A DNA stretch of 64,000 bases, from contig JAGIQG010000003.1 of assembly GCA_024679065.1 (NCBI GenBank), positions 101,184,001-101,248,000 of the forward strand. The letters are read 5' to 3'. The position numbers and the translations under genes are program-made. Below, piece by piece: positions 1 to 14,195 of the stretch; position 1 is the stretch's first letter, and each line of letters begins with the position of its first letter. The notes below the pieces were generated by a model. That model searched no databases. It worked only from the letters and a program-made list of their open reading frames with translations, and was not told the origin of the DNA. Source of the DNA: Sphyrna mokarran. Taxonomy: Eukaryota.

Positions 1-2048
1 TCCAGAGGATATCATTGGCTGAGTGCCAGAGAATTTTTTTGGAAGAGTGGAAAGATTTGTGGATAAAGAAGGATGCTTCAACCTTTGTCTCCAGCAATGA
101 CTTGAGATCAATGATCTCAAGTATGCCCTGAAGAAAATCTTCAGAGAAGACAATCACAAGGAAGGACCTACTCAAAATTGAACCTGCCTAACATGTTCAA
201 AACCGGAATGGTCTGGGTTTTCAGTTAAAGAACTTTCAGTTAAGGAGTTAATGTTAGAGAGCTGAAGTGGAAGAGTTAAAGTGTTGCAACTGTCTTAAGC
301 TTTGGCACCTATATGTTAAATAAACAAAAGTTTGTTTAAGTGAATTTGAATCGATCCTGTCCTTTGGTTTGTTGTACTCAATTAAGTACCTGGAAAGAAG
401 TTTAAGTTTACAGTCAGATAACAGAAGCCACTGTGGAGGAGCATTGAATAGCAGCTCTGGATTTCTGCATTTAATTGCACATGTTCAGATACAGGAGGTT
501 GGTTTCTCATTTGTTCCATAATTACTTTTACCATTGATAGTCTCACAGTTATTCCTTACATAAAATCCAGGCCATTGAAACCAGTGTAGCTATCCTTCAG
601 TGTTTTTACTGCTTTGCTGGCTTTTCTCTACATTAGATCTATATAAGACTGAACTCATTGAAAGTGCCATAAAGTGATAAAAGAATGTGTAAATTAGGCT
701 GATTGTTCCATTGATATTAAAGATATATATGGGCCAACTTCTTCAAAGTCAAAATTTGTACCAAATTTGGCACATCAGCTACTGTTGAGCACCCAGATAG
801 TCCCAGTTATGGTTACATTTCAAATGTAATTTATGGTTCAATCAATTATGGATCATTCAAAATGATTATCTTTGTTTAGTTTTCCCCTCCCTGTGTTAAA
901 GGCACTACTTGCTGAATGTTGAAAAGTCCCAAGATGCATATGGAAAGAAAAGACATCCAGTGAAGGAAGATTAGGGAGGAACACCAATAACAACAAAGAA
1001 TGAACAATAAATTCTGACCTGGCCAATCTTCTCCAAATTAATGTACAAATAAAAAAGGTTGTACGCAGTTAGAGTCAGAAAATCAGGATAAGGTTGCAGC
1101 AGAGGAGGAGGTTATAGAGATGGGAGGAGGAGCAAAACTATGGAAGGTTTTAGCTACAGGTTGAAAATTATAAATTTGAGATATTGGGAAACCAGGATCT
1201 GAATGTAGGTCAGCAAAGATAAGGCTAATTAGATCACCTCATCAAACATCAAGACACTGAAGTATCACTGTTGTCATTAACATCTGAAAAATCAGTAGGG
1301 TTATTTCTGAACTTGAATACGCAATGCGTGAAAATAATTTTAAAACAAACTAGCTGTAATGAATGCCAATGCTTCAGACATTTATTACAACTGTTTTTAC
1401 TTTAAGCTTTCGCATATGTTATGTTCATTTTGATTTCTGTAACTGGATAGATTGAAAATTGAGTACATTTTACAGTGGAACATTGCATTCTGCAAAAAGC
1501 AAATGGAATTTTAGAATTTCTTCTGAATGTCAGCAGCAAAATATTGAATTCTGTGCTACGTGCTTACATGTTGCATTTGAATAGGGCAGCATAGTCCATT
1601 ATAGCTAACAAATCACAGCCAATCAAGTGGATGTTTTATGGCACTATAATCAGTAGTTACTGAGATATTTGTGTGGCATCTTGACAGCCCATATAAAACT
1701 TTAGAAATCATTTCTCCACATTTTATCACCGTAGCTGAAATTAAATCATGCTGCGAATACAACACCATGCTGTTTAGGTTATGCTACCCGAGCTTATGAA
1801 ATAGGCACAAAAATGAAACATGTTCATGTCTAAATATGTCTACATTTATGCAAAGCGAACTAAAACAAAGTAAGAAAATCAGTGCAATGAGGATAGAAAT
1901 ATATACAATCTTGTGCAAATCAATACTAAGTTACACTAATTATGTATGTCATTTATTAACTTAATTTGTCTGTGGCAATGTTCCTCAGCAAACAAATCAC
2001 TGAGCAGTTGTGCTTCATTCCCATCAATCCATGCACCGGATACATTAT

Positions 2049-2257
2049 GGCTGGAATTTTTCATACGTTCAGGCTGGTGGGATTCTCCAGTCTTGCCAGC
2101 AGTGCACCCCCACCTGTGTGTTTCCCGTTGACAAGGCATGATGTCAATGGAAATTCCCATTGACAGTGGCAGACCGGAGAATCCCGCCACCAGCAAACAA
2201 CATGTCACCTCCCTCTGGTGGGAAGCATGCAGCTGGGAGGCCGGAGAATCTCACTCC
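2049..2257. mobile_element. Harbinger-type MITE with internal palindromes
   Basis: Termini ggctggaatttt / agaatctcactcc. Internal inverted pairs are gggattctccagtc / gaccggagaatccc and tgtcaatgg / ccattgaca. Confidence 0.7.
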
Positions 2258-3132
2258 AAATGGAAGGATAAAAAGAGCAGGGATTCATTTATTTAAATGA
2301 AAATGAGGACTGTTCTACTCCATTTATTTTTTGGATTGGAATTATACATTGTCTAACGCAAAAGGACTAAATCGATATAAAAGTTAGTCCAAAATTTAAT
2401 CAGTCCAAACTGGAGGGGATAAATTCTGTGCTTTTTTAAGACAGTTTAACAGCTTAATCCAGCACAAAGGTACAATTCCTAATTAACCTCTATCACATGA
2501 GATTGAATCCTGTATTCTTATAGTTAACTATTTTTCAGAGATTACACATTACACATAGGCCACATCTGATGCATTGCAAATGATGATTAATACTGATGAT
2601 TAAAACTCAGCGGATAGGTAACTAAAATCTTGTGTCATGATTAATTGAACAGTCATATGGATTTGAAGACAAATTCTAAACTGTCAACATGAATCTACAC
2701 TGAAAACTTTAAATTGTACCTTTATTTTTAACTTTAAGGCACAAAAAGCACATGGAAACAATTTTTAAAAAGATGCAAAATACATTACTAATAGAACCAT
2801 AGAAAATTACAGCCCAGAAACAGGCCTTTTGGCCCTTCTTGTCTGTGCCTAACCATTTTTTGCCTAGTCCAAGTGCAGGACACTTGGACTATACCTCTCC
2901 ACACCCCTCTCATCCATGAACCTGTCCAAGTTTTTCTTAAATGTTAAAAGTGACCCCGCAGTTACCACTTTATCAGGCAGCTCATTCCACACTCCCACCA
3001 CTCTCTGTGCGAAGAATCCTCTCTAATATTCTCTTTAAACTTTGTATTTTATCCTAGCCTGCTAGCAATACCGCAAAAGTAGACTAACAATCAGATTTAC
3101 TCAGGCAATGCTTTGACTAAGGCAAAAACAAT

Positions 3133-4279
3133 GGGTCAAATTCTTATCTTGGAGACAGGAATTGGGGATTAAGAAATTTTCCAATATTGCAAAAACACCT
3201 CCTGATCCACAGTGCCTACCCATAATATTTTTTATGACAGGGAGTCAGGGACAAGTTGAAATTGGCCTGCTGTCTTTTGCCACATGAAGGTGGAAGCAGG
3301 TAGAATGCTGAAACAGTTGGGTTAAAAGGCCCCTTTCAGACTTCCGCCCAGTTCTAGAATGGACTACGAGCACTGTGACCTTCACCCCTTACCCTCACAT
3401 ATCCCCTATGTCTCCTTCATACCCCGTGAGCATCTTACCCATTCATCCAGTAGTCACTATAAACAAAAGACCAAGCCTTACAACATTGGATTCTCTTTGA
3501 AAATCTCAGAAATCTGGCAAAAATAAGCAAAATCACAGGCTCATGACAGATGCATCAACAACTTTTGCTGTCCTGAATCCATTGATGAGTTTGGAACTCA
3601 GCCAATCATAATGAGATTCCATTGAACAAATGTATCAACAAATCCTCCTGAGTGGAATACACCAAAACGTTTGAAGACAGCTCAACTACCTGTCAAGATT
3701 TTGGAACAGCAAAACAGATAACTAAGCTGAACTTTTAAGGCACATTTGGCACATTTCACACCACCATCACTGAATTTTACAATGCAAGATAGCATAGTAT
3801 CTAGTGGATGATGTACACTAATGCATCTGAAGTTTTTTTTTCACTTTCACAATGTTGCTCAGTCTCTTGGTAGGTTGACATATGTCTAAAATGACAACTT
3901 GGCAAATAGATTATTTAGTAGTCACTTGCCTTTCCAAAACAAAGCAACATTTGCTTTTAATAAAACATTAGCTGTTGTATTAAAAGCATATGTAACATAT
4001 GACACATAATTTATATCATGAAATATAAAGTTGGCACCACTTTTTCACTTTAACTTACAAAACCAGCTCATTTCCATCAAAACTAAACAAGATCTGAAAT
4101 GCCCACGTCTGCAATGGTGTTGGAAATGTTGGAACATCAGTTTGTGAGCTTGAGAACCAACCCCATATTCCATGTCGCTGAAAATTGTCAGCACCAGGAA
4201 TGGTGCCAGGAATCAGTCCCCAGTTACTACTTGTAAAACCTGCTCATGCCAATTCTTCCTAAATCAGAGAACTCAGCCC
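3133..4279. mobile_element. Non-autonomous PIF/Harbinger-type element
   Basis: Termini gggtcaaattct / agaactcagccc. The internal sequence resembles 28872-29968 in reverse (ttctctttgaaaatctcagaaatc vs cttccaagttctgttctgaaag region; loose match). Confidence 0.55.
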
Positions 4280-5012
4280 AAGTATTCAAAAGACACAAGC
4301 CTAGCAAAACCACTTTGTCGGTATAACTTGGGTAGTGATCATTGATACATTGGGTACTTCCATAATAAATCAGCATTAAAAAGATGATCAGTTATGAAAT
4401 GAACATTAATCTTCCAAAAATGAGTTGAGAAAATTATCAATTCCATGGGAGGTCAAATTAAATTAAATTAATTCAATTAAATTCAGTTAAATTAAGACAA
4501 TAAGGTTAATGTAAACAGCTGAAGTCAACACGTACAAGAGGTTTTGAAAGTTGAACCATTTGGGAAAAAAACATTGCAAGAGCCAAGAATTGAATTCCAG
4601 CAATCAGGGATGTGTATGGTGCTGTGCCTGCAAAAACCAGGCTAAAAAAACTGTAAAATAGTTGTCATTGACCATTTTTTAAAGAACTATCAACGTATAA
4701 CAATTACAATTAGAATTTTAGATCTGAAACCTTTACAATCTCACAACTGTAATGAATCTTTGCCTATTACTAGGATTAGTCATAAGGAGTCCCTACTCCA
4801 ATACTGAACTTAATGGAGGGAGACGAGCCAACAATTGATGATAACCAGTGTAATTTTCTATGCTACTGTTGGGAATATTCAGATGTTTAAAGAGTATTGC
4901 CTCTCCTCTCTGTTGAAATAGCTTCCTGCCTCCAAATTCAATTCTAAACATGGCAGATTGCTCAATTTTTAAAAATTGTATTTGTAGGTCAGCAATATTG
5001 TCAAACTAGCAA

Positions 5013-5745
5013 AAGAAAGAAGATTTGCATTTATATTGTACCTTCACTGCCTCATGACATACTAAAATGTCGGCACAGTGGCACAGTGGTTAGCACTGCT
5101 GTCTCACAGCGCCAGGGGCCAGTGTTCAATTCTGGCATTGGTCACTCTCTGTGTGGAATTTGCACATTCTCCTCATGTCTGCATGAGTGTTCCAGTTGCC
5201 TCCAACAGTCTAAAGATGTGCAGGTTAGATTGATTGGCCATGCTAAATTAACCTTAGTGTCGGGGGATCTGCAGGGTAAAGACAAGGGATTGCAGGAATA
5301 GGGCCTGGGTGGGATTGTGATCAGTGTGAATGGTGCTGATAGGCCTTTTGTACTGTTGATTCTATAAAATGTTTTGCAACCAATGAAATATTTTTGAAAT
5401 ATAATCACTGTTGGAAACAACTAATTTCACATAACAAGGTCCCAAAAACAGCAGCACAACAATGGCCAGATCATCTGTTTCTATAATGTTGATTGAAGGA
5501 TAAACATTGGCCGGGGCACTGCTCTTCTTCAAAATAATATCATGGGAATTTTCAAATCTATCTGAGAGAGTAGACCAGACCTTCATTTAATGTCCCATCT
5601 GAAAGGTGGCACCTCTGACAGTGCAGCAGCCCCTCAGTAATGCAACAGAGTGTCAGCTGGGGCTTTTAGACTCAAGTCTCTTGAGTGGGATTTAAGTCCA
5701 GAACTTTCTGACTCAGTGGTGAGCATAATACCAACTGAGCCATGG
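5013..5745 (-). mobile_element. Deu-domain SINE (SacSINE1-like), split by an HE1 insertion
   Basis: tRNA-like head (reverse of ccaactgagccatgg), body catctgaaaggtggcacctctgacagtgcagc, and tail ttgcatttatat with ttctt repeats. Confidence 0.75.
5071..5364 (+). mobile_element. HE1-type tRNA-derived SINE
   Basis: Head ggcacagtggcacagtggttagcactgct, core tgtgtggaatttgcacattctc...ttaga/gtggattggccatgctaaatt, and target duplication TAAAATGT (5063-5070 and 5365-5372). Nested in a DeuSINE. Confidence 0.88.
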
Positions 5746-6689
5746 TGGAGAGGAATAATTTCAAGCAAGTGAATAACATGACAGGAAATCACTAACAAAA
5801 ATCCTTTTGAACCACTCTTCTCGAAAGGAAGTTATGTGTCTCCCATGAGTCAGAAAATGGCATATGGTAGAAGAGAATTAAAGGTTTGGTTTTTAGTCAG
5901 GAGGCGATGGTCAGGTTGGGGCTGTTGTGAGAATAGAAAAACAGGAAAATAACCAGCTACCCAGTAAACTTTTGGGCTCCTTTTTGTTTATTGAGTTCCC
6001 ATCCATAGGTAACTGAATTGTAGGCTACAGGCTTTTTAGTAGGGAGACTTGGCTGACAGAACAAGAGCAACTAGTTGTATTGGAAAGGTGAGAGATTGTG
6101 GGGGGAAATTAGTGGTATTTATTGGGGGAGCAGATAGTGATGTTTGGCTGGGGGCAATATGGGAATTAGAGGGCAGTCAGATCGCTGGTATGAGGGTGGC
6201 ATTTGCACCTAAGCCCTGTAGCTGATACATCTGTCTTTACATCTGTCTTTACCAAGGAAGAAGTTGCTGAACATGTCATGGTGAAAGAGGAGGTTGGTCA
6301 GATACTTGGAAGGGTTGTAGACAGAAGGAGCAGCTGGGAAAAAATACAACTGCTCCTTCTGTCTACAAGCATTACTAACTTCATGGGCTCAATCCCTATT
6401 AGCTTGTTGCATTCCTAAGTGCTGTAAACTACAGGGCTTAGGTGCAGGAAGGTGGGATTAGAAAGAGCACATGGTTGAACTTGGGTTGGAATAGGCAAGA
6501 TTGGCTGAGTGGCCTCCTTTCGTGCTGTAACTTTTCTCAGCTCTTGTTCTGTCAGCCAAAATTGACAGAATAATAGGAAACGCTGAATTCTGGTTATTCT
6601 ATGGCCTAGACAAAAGTTTATAGTGGATTTCTTTAGGGATCAGCACTGGAACATCCGCTCTTCCTGAAATATACTAAATGACCCAGATT

Positions 6690-7570
6690 TTAATATACAG
6701 GCCACAATTTCATTTGTGAATGATATAAAACTTGGAAGTATTGCGAACTGAGAAGGATAATGTAGATATTCAAAAGGATATAAGTTGATGGAATGGGTGG
6801 ACAAGTGGTAGATGAACTTCGTGAATTCATTCTGGTAGATAGTATGCAGAAAGGCATATAAAATAAAGATTTCAATTATAAAGGAATTGTAGGAGCAGAG
6901 TGAACTGGCGTACATGTGCACAGATTATTGAAAGTGGTAGGACAAATTGAGTATTAAGTATCATAGGATTTATCAATAGTGGCATAAAGGATAAAAGCAA
7001 TGAAGTTACATTAAACTTATGAAAAACAATGGTATGGTCTCAGATGGAGTATTGTGTCAGTTCTGGGCACTACACATTAAGGACATGAATGTGTTAGAAG
7101 GTTGCAGAAAGGATTCACAAGGATGGTTCCAGAGATGAGGAACTTCAGTTATGAAGATGGAATGGAGAAGCTTGTTTTGTTTTCCTTGGAGAAGTTTAAG
7201 AGAAGATCTGTTAAAGGCATTCAAAATCATGCCATGCTTGGACAGATTTTACACAGAAGAACTGTGCCCATTGGGGGAAAGATTGAGAATCAGAGGGCAC
7301 TGATTTAAGGTAATTGGCAATAGGAGCAATGGTGACACTAAGAAAAACATTTTCATACAGCAAGTGGTTAAGATCCGCAATGTGATGGAGGCAGATTCAA
7401 TTGCGGCTTTCATAAGGGAATTGTATTGGATGCAAAAAAGGGGAAATGAGCAGGGATATGGGGAGATGGTGGAGAAATGACACAAGGTAAATTGTTCCTA
7501 CTGAGAGCCAGCACAGCAACAATAGGGCAAATGATTACAGCCAAGAAGAAAACCATTCTAAGATTCCATG
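6690..7570 (+). mobile_element. CR1 LINE, 3' part (decayed RT C-terminus and 3' UTR)
   Basis: Encodes QKGFTRMVPEMRNFSYEDGMEKLVLFSLEK, and ends in a ccattctaagattc tail. Confidence 0.85.
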
Positions 7571-8879
7571 AGCACGAACACATCAGACTTGTACAAAAGT
7601 ATTTTTTAAACTAAAAGAAAAGTAACTCTGTGGAGAACAGACTAAGTACCATCATCTGCTCAAGGCAAGCCAAGTTGTTATCAAAGGAGCCAAAAGGTTA
7701 GGGCAGAAAGAAGAGGCGATTAACTGTGATAGCAATAGTAAAAAGCTTAGCTATGCTCAGATAAGCTACCATGACATGGCAAAGATTTTAAATGGCTGCT
7801 TTATATCATTCTTCACTTCTGCTCTGTCGTCATTTAAGTTGCAAGTCTCAAAATTGTTAGTGTCAAAGGGAATGCCAATATCATCCAGGATAGCGTCAGG
7901 TAACAATTAGGATTGCTGGTTCCAATCTGATTCACCCAAGAATATTGGAAGAGATGGGGGTTGTACTGTGAACCCTTGTAAATGTACGTAACAGCTCCGA
8001 AAGGTTGGTGTTATTTGCACAGATCTGAAGGAGACTAATGCTGTTATTTTTTTGAATATTTACACAAGTTATAACTGGCAGACATTTGGCTGGAGTGCAT
8101 CTTCTCACAGTGTGCCCTGCGAGTTGAAATTTTTCCTCACCATTCAGTTCAAGAAACCTTTGTACTGCAAATTGCCTAAAATGTGAAGCAAAATGGCAAG
8201 ATCAAGGAGGCCTCTGGGACCTTGGTAAATGATAGGACTTAGAGACTATCTCCTTAACTAATGTTGCTTCAGAATAGAGAAAGAAAGAGAAAAACAACAA
8301 AGAGAATGAGGTGAGTTAAAATCAAATAACATATAGAAAGAGAGGGATAGAAAGATTGAATTGGGAGAGAGAAAATAATGACAAAAATAAAAAAATGTTG
8401 GAAATAAAGATGTTAGTTTTAAAAGACCTCAAGGAGCAGTTTACCAAATGCAAGAGTGAGATTCCAGTTTTTTTTTGTGTGCTTCCAAGGCTGAGTGACA
8501 TTGGTGTAATATCATTGGAAGGATCCTTGTGATATTCAATACCAGACCTAACTTTCTTTGGCAAGCTTCATTAGTTTTAACAGTGCAACTGCAGATATTT
8601 CAGGAAGCTTAAGGGGAGGTTGACAATGTGTTTCTTTCTTATATATATTTTCTAAATAAATACATAAACTCACACACTAATAATAACACAAACACACAAT
8701 CAAGTCATCACTAATTTCCAAGCAATTCCTGAGCCTATAGATCCATGAGCTTCACTCCAGCATTAGGCAAATTGCTAAATAAAATTAAAAATATGTTGCA
8801 TCAGCAGCTGATCAGAGATGGGGGTCAGCGCAAATTTTCCACTTAGCTTCAGGAAAAGAAGGTTATGTCTGACTCACTT

Positions 8880-9560
8880 AATTTTTGATGAGGTTGGCAA
8901 GTACAAATAGCCCCGTTGACATAATGCACTTGGTTTCTCAAAAAGCTTCTGACAAGGTGTTGCACCAAGATTAAATTTACTGCAGGATTGCAAAGTAGAT
9001 TGTAGGTCGTACAAAGAATTAATGTGTTTTCGTAGGCTGAAGGTAGGGGTTCTAAGTGTAGACCAGTTACTAACAATGTACCTCAGGGAACAGTATTAGA
9101 TTTGCTACTCTGCACTCTCTGTATTAATGATCTGGATCAAGACATTGAAGGAACAGTCAGCAAGTTTGCAGAAAGCAAAAATAATTGTTCTGATGTTAGA
9201 ATCTTGAACACACAGATCCAGACGCAACGGGGAACATTGGCCCACATCTGCTAGATAATATTTAGCCTGAAGAGTTATGCATTTGGGTCGGGTGAATGTC
9301 AAGCATATATTATGCCAGTTCTGAACTAAAATCTAGGAAAAGAATTCAAACGCTATCATTAAAAAGTTCACACTCAATGCTGCAAGGCTATAGCAAAACC
9401 TAATCTCATGTTGGAAAGTATTGTTGGAACAATCTAATATAAAGTGATAAACATTACAATATTCTTGTGCAAGACATGATTAGGCCTATAGGAGTGGATT
9501 AGATGACAGGAAATTTTACTTTGTATTTATGGAATATCAATGGCATCTGGAATAAATCAG
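8880..9560 (+). mobile_element. Old CR1 LINE RT fragment
   Basis: gtacctcagggaacagtatta (VPQGTVL), attaatgatctgga (INDL) and aagtttgcaga (KFA) remnants. Confidence 0.7.
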
Positions 9561-11803
9561 GGATTGTGCAACAAGTTCAGAAAATAAGGGAGGTTTCAGA
9601 ATGTATTTCTACCTCAAGATTATATAATTGTATATGAGAGATAGGTTGGATATTTTGTATTTTATCTCAAAATCATTAGAGTCCTCTGGAACACAGTCTG
9701 GCTGCCTTCAGGAGTCCGAATGGAATTTCCCAGAAATCGCTTCCCCTTTTTCATTTTTCTCCTCATTACATGACTGCTGGAGGATAGCAACATGAGGATG
9801 TGTCATGATGCCGAATTCCATCATGACTTTGTGGGATGAGCTTAATAAAGTAGCTGGTCTTGGTTTGTTTCATTCTTTTGTATGTTAACCTAATTATGCA
9901 ACTTGGTAAATATAAATTGGCATCACAGTCTTAAACAATAGACAGTGCAAGCATCTTGGCAAATTTGTAAATGATCTGAGCTGTGTTTTGGTTCCCAATA
10001 GTCAAGAACTATTGACACAATCAGACTCTTCAGATGGAATATTTTCTAAATCTCACTATTTATGGTAAAACATGAATCAAATGCTAATTCTTTTTCCTGG
10101 GGTTCATTGCTTATGACCAAATTAGTAACTTTGGATCACTAGTCATGTCACTTCATTCCATTTTGGCTTGGCACTTATTACTTGCCTGAGAAACCTGTGA
10201 AAATACAAATCACCAAATTGTTTACCATGTAACTAGAGAAGGTTTCACAAAGCCTGCCTCACCTATAAATTTAAATGAATACAATTGTACAGAGGAAACA
10301 TCTACGTACATTAGTCAAGACAAGGAATGGGAAGAAAATTATACTCATAATGAACATTTTAATTGTTGCCTTGGGAAATGTGATTGTGTTGATAGCATCA
10401 GGAATATAGACTCCTTTGATCCCACAAGGCATTCAACTTCAAACAAAAAAAACTGAAAAGACCGAAGTAACAATTACCTTTTAAGTCAAATTAAACCATA
10501 AATAACAAGTAATTGATAGTGGTGTTTTTGGAATCATGAAAATTTATATTATAAGAAAAGATGGCATTGTATAGGTTTCCCATAAGTAAAGATGACAAAC
10601 GCAATCATCGTATCATTTATCACAGTATATCAGAGAACTATAAAGTCGATCAATGAAATTTGAAAACTAAAATACTTGGATGTTGAGTTAAACCAACATG
10701 AGTCTTGTGTGAAAGTAGAGGTACAATCTTATTCAGGGTATAGTGTAAACCTAGTTTTTAACTTGGATGATTTTCTCTGTATGCTGCATTGGTTAAGTAA
10801 TGTTCAAGGGCCCACATCTTACCTTTAACATTCAACAATAAGTAGGGCAGCATTCTATGATTTTTTTTTATAATGACAAACCCAAGAAGACTAGCTTTGT
10901 AAGCTGGCTTCCCTTTCCATCATCAGTTTGAAGAAGCATCTTCAGAATGACATACTGAAATGAACAGATATATCTGATCTGTCCACTCACGGTGATCAAG
11001 GAGAAATTTCCCAAAGTTCTCCAGATAGTGAATGATTCTAATGATATCCTTCTGAACAAGGAGATCTCTCTCTCTTTACTTCTCCATGAATTTTGAGAAG
11101 CTATATGATGCTAGTTGTCTCTCCATTGATTTAGTTTCAATCCACCTCATGACATGCTCTGTCTTAAGCATACGTTTCATCTCTGACTCTACCGTTGTAG
11201 AGGATTTTCAAGTGATGCTTTGCTGCCAGGAAATCCTGTGCTAAAAGAAACTCAGTAAATCTTTCCAAGGCTTGTTTGAAAAATGTTCAGAATCATCTAC
11301 TTCAGTAATCATTTTTGTTTATTTTTCAAATTCCCGTTCAATAAATTCTACAAGCAATCAGATATGTTTCAACAGTTGAAGTGCTAACCAATTTGTTGAT
11401 TGACTGCTAAAAATCTCAGTATTATAACAATATTGTAACTAGTTTAAGTTAGCCTCTATAGCTTAAAGCCAATGGACAGTTCTTTAAAGAGGAGGTGCAA
11501 TGTTGCTGGAACAAATTTTGAAACTCAGGTGAGAGGTGAATCTGAGCTGGGTAACTGCAAAGACTAGCAGAATATGGGAGAGAGCAGGCTCCAGTATTTT
11601 TAGGCATTGCCCTGGAGGCCTTGGCAGGCAAGATGGAAAGTAAAAGAGAAGTCTTTGATTTGCAGGAAGCCCTGGAGACACAACACTCTAAAAGCAGTGG
11701 GAGCTCATAACCATTTGAAAACTGGTGGAGGATGGAGGGATTTAGATTCCAGGGACATTGGGTTCACTTCTTAGGGGAACAGAACCTGCAAAAACCAAAC
11801 ACG

Positions 11804-11902
11804 TTGGCTGGGATTTTATTGCCTCACAGAATAGAGCTCTCCGTTGGCCTCAGATGGGATTTTATGAGCATTGCCTGAGCAGGGTCGTAAAATCCCATCC
11901 AA
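11804..11902. mobile_element. Very short Harbinger-type MITE
   Basis: TIRs ttggctgggattttat / gtaaaatcccatccaa (14/16 complementary). Confidence 0.65.
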
Positions 11903-11939
11903 TGTACCTACACAGGATAATTTATTTGTGCTTTTGAGG

Positions 11940-12625
11940 AAGTGTTAAATTAATGTGGCAAAGGTGTGGAAATGAGGTAATTCTGGAGGTAATGCCAAGA
12001 TACAAAGAGACAACTTGTACCAGAATAAGAAATAGTACATTTTTCTGGATTCAGTGTGAGAGAAAGAATAATAAAGTCTGGATTAGGGTCAGGATGAATA
12101 TATGTGAATGCATGAAGTACAGTAAATTAGTTTGGCAAATTGCAGACTCAGATGGCCATGTGGAAATATGGATTTGTGGTGACAGAAATCTGGCTCAAAG
12201 AAGGGCAGTGGAATATTTCTAGAAAGAAGATGTTTAACAAAAAGAAGAAATGAAGGAAAGGAAATGGGATGGCAGTATTGATTAAGGAGAATATAGCAGT
12301 ACTGGCGAGAGATTATGTTTCAGAGGGGTCAAGGACAAAATTTATTGTCTGGAGCAAAGGAGCAAACCAATTGATAATGAGAAGGCATTGGATAGGCTGT
12401 CTGCACTTAAAGTTGATATGGCACGAGGAGCGGATAAGATACATCCAAGGATATTGAGAAGAATGAGATTGGAAATTCCAGATGTATTAGCCATAATTTC
12501 CTAATCTTCTTAGACTCAGGTAGTTCCAGAGGACTGGGAAATTGCAAATGTTGCACTCTTTTTCAAAAAAAGTATAGACAGAGCAGTTCTTAGAAATGAT
12601 AATTTGAGTCAACATTAATAGCCAC
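11940..12625 (+). mobile_element. CR1 LINE fragments (endonuclease to RT start, internally deleted)
   Basis: ggcagtattgattaaggagaatata and gttccagaggactgggaaattgcaaatgtt (VPEDWEIANV) motifs. Confidence 0.7.
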
Positions 12626-12637
12626 TCTTTTAAAATT

Positions 12638-12659
12638 GGCTTTTTGGCTAAGATCAAGT
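12638..12659 (+). pseudogene. U2 snRNA 5' fragment (about nt 11-32)
   Basis: GGCTTTTTGGCTAAGATCAAGT vs U2 GGCCTTTTGGCTAAGATCAAGT (recalled), 21/22 identical. The rest of U2 is absent. Confidence 0.7.
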
Positions 12660-13609
12660 ATCAGATCAAGCCCAAGATGGGATGCAATGACTTATCTTGT
12701 CAGATTATTACAAATAAACCAGTGGTTTCCTGAACATCAATATTCATAATGCTTTCTTTACATAATCTTCTTTCTTATTTAAAACATTGCATTTAAATCT
12801 CCCAGCCACCGCGATACAAATTGAATTCCTTAGTCTAGACCTGTGAGTTAACAGTTCAGTGACATAATTACTATGCTACCGTACCATATATTGGGCATTG
12901 CCTTGCAAAATTAACTGTGTATAGTCACACTTCAACTAAACATCAAGAGATTGGAATCCCTTTCAGTTCCAGCAGAGTAGACATGTGGCATCTGCAAAGT
13001 AAGATGCACGCAGTCAATGGCATTCTACTGCATGGGAAAGCCTACAATCATACTAAATTCAGTGCTGTGAGCACTGTTGAGCTCCACAAAATAGAGTGAA
13101 ATGTTTCTTATGCAACAATACAATGCAAATTATAGCTGTTGCAATTAATTCTAAGCTACAACCTGTCAGGCTCCAGATACACATAGGTTCATGGCCATAG
13201 CCACCTTCACAGCAACTGCCAATCTTGACATTAGCTTTCTCTAAGGTTGCAGTTGTGATTGCAGAAAATAGCAGATTTCAAAGGGAAACAAGACAAATCT
13301 TCTGGCCCTAACCTCATTAATAATGCAACTGGGTGTTTTGCAATGCACCCATGGTGCTTTCCCATGCAGTAGAATGTCATTGACTACATGCATCTTATTT
13401 TGCAGGTGCCAATGTCAACTCCGCTGGAACTGCAAAGTCCGCCTCCTATCCAGCTAACATATTGAAAAGATGCTGAAGATCACTAAGCACTATTCCAGGA
13501 AGAAGGTGGAACTCCTAAAAGTGAAGGTGGCTCTCTGGGGCCATTCTGAGGCCAGAAATTGGACCTCTGAGTGGACCTCCCAGAACATTGTGAGGCTATA
13601 AAACTGCAA

Positions 13610-14195
13610 GAACAGGGATACACTTTTGAGGTTGTTAAGGCTCTGGTCAGACTCCAGTTGGAGATTTGGAGCCCCATATCTAAGGAAGGATATGCTAGCC
13701 TTGGAAAGGGTCCAAAAGAGATTTACAAGAATGACTCCTGGAATGAAGAGCTTGCCCTATGAGGAACAGCTGAGGACTCTGGGTCTGTAGTTGTTGGAGT
13801 TTAAAAGGATGAGGGGGGATATTATTGAAACTTACAGCATACTGCATAACCTGGATAGAATGGATGTGGAGAAGATATTTTCACTAGTAGGAAAAATTAG
13901 AACCAAAGGGGACAACCTCAGGTGAAAGGGATGACCTATAAAACAGAAATGAGGAGAAATTTCTTCAGCCAGTGATGAATCTGTGGAACTCTTTGCTGCA
14001 GGAGACTGTGGAGGCTACGTCATCAAGTGTCTTTAAGAGATAGACTGGTTCTCGATTGATAAGGGAATCAGGGATTTTGGGGAAAAGACAGGAGAATAGG
14101 AATGAGAAAAAAAATCAGCCATGATTGAATGGTGGTGCAGAATCGATGGGTTGAGTGGCCTAATTCTGTTCCTATGTCTTACGGTCTTGTGGTTT
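13610..14195 (+). mobile_element. CR1 LINE 3' part
   Basis: KALVRLQLE motif, atgaggagaaatttcttcagccag, and the 3' end ggcctaattctgttcctatgtcttacggtctt. Confidence 0.85.

Noticed and set aside
1-380. Possible LTR end at the window start
   Set aside because: It is purine-rich with an AATAAA, but no partner LTR, PBS or PPT is visible.
10991-11240. Exon-like segment on the minus strand (tttcttttag| ... |gtgagt)
   Set aside because: It has stops in all three frames and no recognisable homology. It cannot be supported without RNA data.
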